A stretch of 64,000 nt of DNA from Eledone cirrhosa (lineage: Eukaryota). The stretch spans positions 208,878,001 to 208,942,000 of the forward strand of contig OZ024741.1 in NCBI GenBank assembly GCA_964016885.1, read 5' to 3'. The translations under genes and the position numbers were made by a program. Below are positions 54,291 through 64,000 of the stretch, one piece after another (positions within the stretch are counted from its first letter, which is position 1; each line of letters starts with the position of its first letter). Below the pieces are notes generated by a model, which was not told the DNA's origin, searched no databases, and saw only the letters and a list, made by a program, of their open reading frames with translations.

Positions 54291-54893
54291 AGGACGTTAC
54301 GGTGGCGATTACGTGTCCTTGTACTTTTGCTACGGGTGGTTCCATCTAGGTGACCGCTCTTATGTGTGTTAATGCGCAGTCACCCGTTCGGTGCCCCTTT
54401 CACTTTATGCTCGGGTGCACTCTTCCTACCTCTTCTATGTTTATGTACAGGAAGATGTTGGTTGGAAGGCGTTGGTAGTAGGCCGTCGCCTTTGTTGGTT
54501 TTGTAATAGGGGAATAGTTCGAGTAATCTACAGTGGTCACCGTCGCCGGGGTCGTGATCTTTAGTGCGGTTATCTATTCTATTATATCCGACTTCAACGA
54601 GGTATCTCACATAGAATCTCGAGGCTATCCGCCAATGAGGATATCTTCAACCAAGCGGCAGATTACTGCAATAGGGCCTTGATAAGCGCCGGCTTTAACC
54701 GAGGAATTTCCTACATCCCTAACGCTAGCTCTAGAAACCACCCCCCTCATAGAACGGACGTTATAGTAAGCCATACCTATAACCGATCACGCGGCGACCT
54801 CGTTGAAGTCGGATATAATACGTATAATATAATAACTATATGTATCACCTATCCTCCCCCTTTTTTTTCTCTCTCTCTCTCGATACGTAAATA

Positions 54894-54962
<69 letters not shown>

Positions 54963-55471
54963 TTTCTGTATGTGTTTTTATACGTGCGTATGAGTATTTA
55001 TGCATGTTTATGTGTGCGTGCGTGTGTATATACGTATGTGTATATATTTATATATATATATATTTATGTATATGTACATCTCGTGTATTTGTTTATTTTG
55101 AAGTTGTTCTTATCCCCCCACCTCTTACTTATCGTTGTCAACCCATATCCTTTGTTTTTATTTCGTTTTTGACTTTGTATTTTTGTTCTTATTCATTTAA
55201 TAATTTATTCTTATTACTTCATGTGTATGTACCTATGTCCCTGTCTGTAGACGCATATATGCTTATGTGAAAAGGTATACGTCTACGTACTTTTTAAGTA
55301 TATGCGCGTGGTTGTGTGTGTGTATGTTTATGTTCTGGATATTTATTGTTTATATATATATATATTCCTTTTCCCCTCTTCTTCTTCGCCCGTTTTTTTT
55401 CTCAGTCTCACTTTCATATTTCCTAAATTTTGTTTTCAAATCAATATTTAATAAAAACACCATGTTTTTTA

Positions 55472-55532
55472 TTTATTCTGACGACTGAAAACAGATCTAA
55501 CATCTGCTTTCAAGAAACCACTGGTAAATGAA
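55472..55532 (+). ncRNA. Type I hammerhead ribozyme with canonical core, in an orphan pLTR-like fragment
   Basis: tttatt CTGACGA ctgaaaacagat ctaac atctgctttcaa GAAA ccactgg TA aatgaa. Confidence 0.8.
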
Positions 55533-55581
55533 ATAATTATCTTATGTTGTTTATTAAATAACTAATATATATATATATATA

Positions 55582-56330
55582 AAAGTTTCCCGTTCTTTGC
55601 CAGGGAACGTTTCCACGAACCAAGGTATCGTCTTCTGGTCTTCCTCCGGTTGAAACGTTTTTTGAAATATTTATTTCTGCGTTTACAGATTGACTTTGTT
55701 AGTTTCAGAAGATCCCGTTAAGGGTGAAAGCAGCGATTCTTTGCTTAAACTTTAATCTGTTATTTTAATAAATATTTGCTCTACGGTTCTTATATATTTG
55801 ATATATATTTATCCTTATCGAGCCCTCTTTGGATTTTAGTGTTCAAATTTATCATTAGTTCTATTATATATATATATATATATATAGTAATAATAATTTT
55901 TGAAGACTAAAATCCAAAGAGGGCTCGATAAGGATAAATATATATCAAATATATAAGAACCGTAGAGCAAATATTTATTAAAATAACAGATTAAAGTTTA
56001 AGCAAAGAATCGCTGCTTTCACTCTTAACGGGATCTTCTGAAACTAAAAAAGTCAATCTGTGAACGCAGAAGTAAATATTTCAAAAAACGTTGCAACCAA
56101 AGGAAGACAGGAAGACGATACTTTGATTCGTGGAAACGTTCCCTGGCAAAGAACGAAAAAAAACGAAGATAATACGTCATTATTTGGAGCAGTGAAAACA
56201 ATTACACGCAAAGACAAAACCACGTAAATGAAGTCGTAGACTAACATTCTAACTAGGAAACCGAATGATTCTCGGCTTCAGAGTTAAGAATAAAGTAAAT
56301 AAAATACAGAGGTAATTAATAAATACCTAC
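55582..56330. mobile_element. Tail-to-tail inverted pair of pLTR-like copies around (TA)n
   Basis: 55582-55860 (+) and 55895-56330 (-) are reverse complements where they overlap. Confidence 0.75.
55685..55760 (+). ncRNA. HHR-like motif with variant core CAGAAGA (U4A)
   Basis: acagattga ctttgtt agttt CAGAAGA tccc gttaa gggt GAAA gcag cgattct ttgc TT aaact ttaatctgt; a second copy lies at 55986-56061 (-). Confidence 0.6.
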
Positions 56331-56566
56331 ACGCATCCATATACGTACATACACAAGCATACGCGAAAACACACGCCATAGGTATACAAATACAAACACG
56401 TACACAAAAAAACCCGCACGCAACGTCTGTACCCGCACACATACGAACGTATACACCAAATACACATAAAAATATATACAAATAAAATAGAGAGTTATTA
56501 ACTCATATTGATACCCTACAATTAACAAGCTCAAAGTACTGAGCATTATAATATTAATATTAATAA

Positions 56567-56756
56567 GGGCGGTGGATTGGCAGTATCGGTAGAGGGTCGG
56601 ACGCCATACTTTCCAGCATAGTTAGGTCCCTTTATGATCTGAGTTCAAATCCCGCCGAGGTTGACTTTGCCTTTCATCCTTACGGGGTCGATAAAATAAA
56701 GTACCAGTAATGCACTGGGTAATTGCTGGCCTTGTGCCTAAAGTAGAAACAATTAT
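56567..56756 (+). mobile_element. Full-length tRNA-derived SINE inserted in the tandem unit
   Basis: Family sequence; the flanking ttataatattaatat is duplicated; absent from the second unit. Confidence 0.9.
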
Positions 56757-56902
56757 AATATTAATATGTGTAGAAGCAAACACAGCAAATTCCGCGTCCA
56801 AAACTACGAGGGTAGACTTCACCTCAAATGCTATATATATTCAAACTGAAACGCACAGTATGGTACAAGATCGCCCAAACATACCGTATCAATAACGATT
56901 TC

Positions 56903-56994
56903 ATCTCTCGGACAGACCAAAGATTCAATCTGCTTCGCCCTGAAAAAATTATGTTTGTAACAAATCATCCTTAGGCATTTCGTCAGCGAGAGAT
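56903..56994 (-). ncRNA. Type I HHR-like motif with GAAG instead of GAAA
   Basis: atctctcg CTGACGA aatgcct...agggc GAAG cagatt gaatcttt ggtctg TC cgagagat; perfect 8-bp stem I. Confidence 0.68.
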
Positions 56995-57367
56995 TAGATT
57001 AAATGATACAGAACACATCTAACAAGAAACTCACGGAAGTAGTACCTCCTGTGTTGAAAGATATACGTGGTGCGAGTGGTTATGCTAGAAATAATAGCCC
57101 AATTACACTCATTTTTATATGCTCACCAGATAGGGAGCCGAAATACAAATAAAATATAGAGTTATTAACTCATATTGATACCCTACAATTAACAAGCTCA
57201 ACGTATAAATACTGAGCATTATAATATTTATATGTGTAGAAGTAAACACATCAAATTCTGCGTCTAAAACACGAGGGTAGACCCCACCACAAATGCTATA
57301 TATATTCAAACCGAAACACACAGTATGGTACAAGACTTCCCACACATACCGCATCAATAACGACTTC

Positions 57368-57459
57368 ATCTCTCGGACAGACCAAAGATTCAATCCGCTT
57401 CGCCCTGAAAAAATTGTGTTTGTAACAAATAATCCTTAGGCATTTCGTCAGCGAGAGAT
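57368..57459 (-). ncRNA. Second copy of the GAAG HHR-like motif
   Basis: Same fold; the stem III change cag->cgg keeps pairing as G-U. Confidence 0.68.
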
Positions 57460-57592
57460 TAGATTAAATGATACAGAACACATCTACCAATAAACTCACG
57501 GAAATAGTTATGTTGAAAGTTATACGTGGTGCGAATGGTTATGCTAGAAATAAAAGAAATATATATATATTAAGTGTAATGAGTTCTTTTAC

Positions 57593-57632
<40 letters not shown>

Positions 57633-58941
57633 TAAAGTTTATATGCATTTTCCCTTCAAACTTACATTTTAGACTTAGCTCTGTTTAATTGATTATTTGT
57701 TAAGTTAATTTCTACGGACTAGCGTGAAGAAATAGTGGGTATATTTTATCTAACTGTTCTTCAAACTTGCAATTTTATATATTCTTTTTATCCCAATAAC
57801 TTTATTTAGTTATTGCTCGCGCTGGCCTGAGGTATATCTATCTATATATTAATTTCAACAATGTCATTATTCCGTGTGTCATAATTCTCGATTATCATTG
57901 ATTCATAGGTTTCAAACGACTCCGCCCACCTCAACGACGCCAAACTTAAATTAATATGCATAATGCCAATGAGGGAGTGAGAGGGGGGGGGGCAAAGTGA
58001 ACGCTGTGTTTGGATACACTATGTATATGAGTCAGTGTAGAGACATGTGTGTGTGTGGAAATAAGAGGGGAAGGAAAGCAATAACTATTAACATGTGTGC
58101 GTGTGTATGTACGTGCGCGTATATTTATGTGTGTGTGCGTGCGTGCAGCGTTCCACAGAAAGTAAAAACTATCAACATGTGTGAGTGTGTGCAAGTTTGC
58201 GTGCGTGTGCGCGTTTCCATGCGTGTATGTGTGTGTACGTGCGGCATCCCACAATCACCACGCAGTTTATCTGTCTGTGTGCCTGCCTGTCAGTCTAACA
58301 TACACAGAGTTGTGAAGGGAGTAAATAGGGACCTTTTTTTTACATTGACGGACATCTTTTATATTAATTATCTATATCTATATCTACATACAATATAAAA
58401 GATTGGAACTTCCATCATCCTTTTGAGAAACGTGGAACAATCATGTCTATGCAATGATACACGCTTTACAGTTAGGCGGAAGATGAACCATCTCCTAGAG
58501 ATCACTATTCTAGGTGGGACCACCTAGAATTGTTCATATACTATGCACAAACGGTAGAACGAAGAATCTGGTATATCTGGAAGATTTTTTTACTGTTTTT
58601 TGTATCACACAGACACCACGGACTTGCCTCATACTGTAACCAGACAAACATCCAATACAGTCATTTTCTCTTTTACCTGTCTTCTCTTATCATCTGTTTA
58701 CCCAAGCGAAGTTGGGTACGTCAGCTACTGATCTTTAATGCGAAGAAATACCTACGATGGCCAGAAGATCACTGATAACGGATAGTCCTGGCTTCTTACT
58801 CTATGTTTTAATTCATATGTATCACATCCTCCCTCAACAACGGAGCACGCCATTTTTCATATATATATATATATATATTCATTGAAGTTGGTGGTTCAGT
58901 ACTGAATAAAACTTTTCATTCTGTATAGTTAACGATGATGC

Positions 58942-59021
<80 letters not shown>

Positions 59022-59339
59022 CATGCATGTATATATGTATGTATTATGTATTTATGTATGTGTACGTATGTTTCTATGTATGTGTACGTATGTTTCTATG
59101 TATCCATGCACGCGTAAAACGTAAAATTCTAATAAAAACGCATAAACATGAAGTCTGTTCGCACACACATACACAGATAATAACACAAACATACTAGCAA
59201 GCATGCACATACTCATGTGCAAATACATACACAGATATTTACTCACACAAACACTAAAAGCGATATTGCTTACATAAAATTATGGTAAAACACATACACA
59301 TACATATTGGAACACAGGCATAGATACAATAAATACATA

Positions 59340-61915
59340 AATGATGGCTGCCCCTCGTTATCGAGTATGGCTATTGCACGATATACCATAATTAATAATT
59401 ATCAATTAATTCTATCGTGCAATGCAAGTGCGTGAAGATATTTTTTAAAGTGAGGAAAGACTGTGCACTGAGCCAATCCCACTCTCTGAGCGACAGTAGC
59501 TATAACCCGAAAAGAAGAAAAGATCAACATCATTGGTAACTACTGAGCCGCAGGTTTTATATCGGAGTTATCCCAGTTTCCTGAGTTGCCTTCTCATAGA
59601 AGAATGCCCTGACAAAGGCTAGGGGTCCTTCACTCCCAGTGGTTTAACCGCGCAATCGGGTGTCCAGCCCGACTCTTTCTATGTCCTCGCGCATATACAT
59701 ACACATGTACCCATACACATATACATATACATACATATGTACACGTATACATACATATTTACACACTTTTGGATGGCCGTTGACCCTTATGAGTTCTTCC
59801 GCCCTTTGTCAGGTTTTGTCTTTTGTCCTGCTGGGTGCCCAAAATCACCCTCCGCGCCAAGTAAACTTGGTGGGGGTTGCCGGTTTAGTCGCCGACGACC
59901 CGACCACGCGACAGGTTGTACTGGTTTACATGTTACCAGTAGCACTCAAGAGTGACCCGACATATTATATATACATACATGCATATATACATACATAAGT
60001 ACGTACGTACATACATACATGATGGCTGCCAACTCGTTTTCGAGTACGGCCACTACTTTATATCCATGTAGGAGAACCCCCACCGATGCGCTGAACGAGT
60101 TTGACTTTTTAGTCCAGCCAGCGACTTCAAAACTCTGGTACAAACACTACACTTGTGACAATTATTGACACATAGTGCTGGGCCCATGGTACCATGTAAC
60201 GACAAGTGCAGAGAGATCTCCAGATATAAAGCAATGCCTGTGCCGTGAAGCTTTTATAGTGAGCAAAGGCACTGCACAAAGCCAGTCCCACTCTCTTAAC
60301 CAAGATGATATTTACCAAAAAGAAGAACAAGTCAACATCATTGGATACCATCAGGGTTGCAGGTGTTATAACAGAGTTTTCCTTCTCCTAGAATTCTGCT
60401 TTGACAAAAGCTAAGGGGTCATCTCTCCCGGTGATTTTGGATGGCCATTGACTATTAAGAGCTCCTTTGCCCTTTGACAGGTTTTGTTTTTAGTCCTGCA
60501 GGATGTCCAAAGTCACCCTCCTCACCAAGAAATCTTGGTGGGGTTGCCAGGTTAGTCGCCAACGACCCGACCATGAGACAGGTTGTACTGGTTTACATGT
60601 TACCAGTAGCACCAATTGGTGACCTGACCATACATACATACATACATACGTACGTACCTACGTACATACATACATACATACATACATGCATACATACATA
60701 CATACATGGTGGCTGCCAACTCGTTTTCGAGTACGGCTACTACTTTATATCTATGTAAGAGAACCCCTACCGATGCGCTGAACGAGTGTGACTTTTCAGT
60801 CCGGCCAGCGACTTGAAAACTTTGGTACAAACACTACACTTGTGACAATTATTGACACATAGTGCTGGGCCCATGGTACCATGTGACAACAAGTGCAGAG
60901 AGATCTCCAGATATAAAGCAATGCCTGTGCCGTGAAGCTTTTATAGTGAGCAAAGGCACTGCACAAAGCCAGTCCCACTCTCTTAACCAAGATGATATTT
61001 ACCAAAAAGAAGAACAAGTCAACATCATTGGATACCATCATGGTTGCAGGTGTTATAACAGAGTTTTCCTTCTCCTAGAATTCTGCCTTGACAAAAGCTA
61101 AGGGGTCATCTCTCTCGGTGATTTTGGATGGCCATTGACTATTAAGAGCTCCTTTGCCCTTTGACAGGTTTTGTTTTTAGTCCTGCAGGATGTCCAAAGT
61201 CACCCTCCTCATTAAGAAACCTTGGTGGGGTTGTCAGTTTAGTCGCCAACGACCCGACCATGGGACAGGTTGTACTGAGATACATGTTACCAGTAGCACC
61301 AACTGGTGACCTGACATACATACATACATACATACATACATACATACATACATACATACATACATACATACATACATACATACATACATACATGATGGCT
61401 GCAACTCGATTTCTAGTAATGCCACCGCTTGATACTCAAGCATGAGCATCACGGACGTGTCTTTTAGTCCTGCTAGGGACTTGCCTTTGACGAGCAATAC
61501 CATGCATCGCAAAAAATGTCACATATCAAGCGATGCCTGTGCTTGAAGCTTTTTTGACGAAGAAAGGCTTTGCACGGGGCCAATCCCACTTTCTGGATTT
61601 GCTCAAAAAGTAGGACTGGTCTATATCATCGGGTGCAAACGAAGTCGCAGGTTTTATATCAAAGGGATCTTCTAGAGAGATGTATTCTCCTAGAGAGATG
61701 TCCGGCTCTACAAAAAAATATTTATTGGATGGCCGTTGACTCTCCTGAGTTCCTCCGTCCTTTGACGGTTTTTGTTTTTCATTCTACAGGGTCTCCAAAA
61801 TCACCCTTCTCACCAAGCAAGCTTGATGGGGTTGCCGGTTCTATCGCCGACGACCCGACCATGCACAGGTTGTACTGGGGCACATTTTAACAATAGCACT
61901 CAATAGCGACCTGAC
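59340..61915 (-). mobile_element. Cluster of co-oriented non-autonomous RTE derivatives separated by (CATA)n
   Basis: Young copies at 60018-60628 and 60705-61315; diverged relatives at 59340-59640, 59768-59961 and 61391-61915. Confidence 0.82.
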
Positions 61916-61918
61916 ATA

Positions 61919-61950
<32 letters not shown>

Positions 61951-62724
61951 GCATGCATACGTACATACATACATACAAGTATGCACACATACATACAAAA
62001 CATATATATATACATACACATTTTTTTCACTAAAACACTCACACATCATTCTTATTTGTACACAAATTTCTCATAAACAGTTTATACACACAAAAATTCA
62101 TATTTATATGGACAAATACACAACATATTCGCAAAATTCATACACAGACTTATATACACAAGCATGTATACACATATATCCTACATATAAACATCTAAAA
62201 TTTCTAGAAAACACTTACACTTATACATACATTTAAACACACACTCTCATACACAACCACACACACACATACACATACACTCATAACCATACACACAGAA
62301 CCACACACACACATACACATACACTCATAACCATACACACAGAACCACACACACACAACCACACACGCAAAACTACACACACACAAACACACACATACAC
62401 ACATACACTGACATATACAAAGACAATATATTCACAGCAGCGATACACTCTGCACAATCACAGACTGCCACAAAATACACACATATACAGGTACACATAA
62501 TCAGACAATAACAAAATCACACAAACACACAAAAACAATGAGATTCATTGAGACGTACCCAATATGTATGCAGCTACAATTCCAATATCACTGATGTTCA
62601 CACAGACATGCGCACTCAAACATACAAACACAGACTGATACATACATACATACATACATACATACATACATACATACATACATACATACATACATACATA
62701 CATACATACATACATACATACATA

Positions 62725-63705
62725 CAGGTTTATGAGCATGAAGAAAAAAATATCATTAGGAAGGCCACTGATCTGGAGGAGAGGTATAGAATAAAGCCTG
62801 ATATAAATCTCTCAGAGAAATCGGAAGATCCTATTCAATGTTCAAACAAGAAGAAAAAATTGACCAATTTACAGAAAAAGTTGTGCATGGATACTTGAGA
62901 CGTAAAACACAGACCATAGAGGGGATAAATCACTCAAAACGCCTAGCATGTTTATGACATCACACCTTGAGGGATATCTCTGTGCAATACAAGAACAAGA
63001 ACTCCCTACCAAACATCTGCTGCACAAAAGAGGATGGCCATCAGCTGACAATAAATGTAGGCTATGTAAAACAAAGATCGAATATGTAAGCCACATTGCT
63101 GCCAGCTGCGAAAGAATGTCATCTCGCTACTACCTCCCCATTAGACACGATGGGATAGCTAGAACCATCTGGAACGCACTTCGGAAAACAAAATTAAAAA
63201 CAAACGAGGAAGAATATATTGAGACAGATGGCACTAAGGAATACTGGTGGAACCTGAAAATAAAAACTGCCACCAAATTAAAGCACAACCGGCCTGATAT
63301 TGTTGTTTGGGACCACACATTGAAAACGTGTTCTGTTGTGGGGATCAGCTGCCCACTTGTGGTAAACGTTGTCAGAAAAATATAGGAGAAGGAGGACAAC
63401 TACGGACCATTGATGAGGAGTTTACAAATCCAGTATCCAAGATACACCTTTAGCTTCATACCCTCATTATTTGAGCTACAGGTTATATACCAACCCGCTT
63501 GGACCAATGTATAACTGAACTTGGATTTGCGGACAAAGAGCGCAGCTCCCTAATTCATAGTCTACAAATAGCTGCGATATCTGGCACCTTCAAAATTTTC
63601 AAAACATTCTTGCGATTCAAGGGATGACAATTTTATTTCTTTTACAACCTTGCCACCAGGATGGTGGCCGGTCAAAATTATACTCGAAATTAAGAGAAAG
63701 AGATA
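62725..63705 (+). mobile_element. 5'-truncated RLE-type non-LTR retrotransposon (R4/Dong-like) in (CATA)n
   Basis: AIQEQELPT, CCHC knuckle CRLC...HIAASC, RHD and KHNRPDIVVWD restriction-like endonuclease motif; stops present; (CATA)n on both sides. Confidence 0.85.
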
Positions 63706-63740
63706 ATACATACATGCATACATACAGACATACATACATA

Positions 63741-64000
63741 CATGGTGGCTGCCAACTCGTTTTCGAGTACGGCCACTACTTTATATCCATGTAGGAGAAC
63801 CCCTACCGATGCGCTGAACGAGTGTGACTTTTTAGTCCAGCCAGTGACTTGAAAAGACTCGTACAAACATTACACTTGTGACAATTATTGACACATAGTG
63901 CTGGGCCCATGGTACCATGTGACGACAATTGCAGATCTCCAGATATAAAGCAATGCCTATGCCGTGAAGCTTTTATAGTGAGCAAAGGTACTGCACAAAG
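63741..64000 (-). mobile_element. 3' part of another non-autonomous RTE derivative (runs off the window)
   Basis: Matches 6284-6545. Confidence 0.82.

Larger units (their letters stand above)
52943..54830 (-). mobile_element. 5'-truncated PLE with an inverted 5' segment (54600-54830)
   Basis: GIY-YIG ORF on the minus strand; RT thumb fragment SHRISRLSANEDIFNQAA on the plus strand; (TA)n flanks. Confidence 0.88.
56475..57555 (-). repeat. Two tandem ~465-bp units, each with an HHR-like motif
   Basis: 56755-57100 matches 57218-57555, and 56475-56555 matches 57141-57230. Confidence 0.8.

Overview
This is a gene-poor, AT- and microsatellite-rich animal genomic window. The SINE and repeat content suggest a cephalopod such as Octopus, which is inference only. 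I cannot support any intact host gene, and nearly all long ORFs in the track are microsatellite artefacts. The window is a mosaic of decayed mobile elements. These are Penelope-like elements (PLEs; RT and GIY-YIG fragments, often with inverted 5' ends, inserted in (TA)n), a tRNA-derived SINE family, a ~610-bp non-autonomous RTE derivative in (CATA)n, a Tc1/mariner remnant and an R4/Dong-like LINE 3' end. The main hidden signal is RNA structure: read by eye, about nine distinct families of type I hammerhead ribozyme (HHR) motifs occur. The 13.2-kb satellite at 17065-30284 is about 42 tandem ~319-bp units. Nearly every unit carries a minus-strand HHR with a U3-A8 variant core inside a hairpin-rich monomer, which resembles a retrozyme/circRNA array. 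The array starts 26 nt after the stop codon of a co-oriented PLE RT-endonuclease ORF. Other HHR families have non-canonical cores shared by all their copies (CAGAAGA; GAAG) or long stem II inserts. None of these ribozymes has been tested; all are predictions from sequence.
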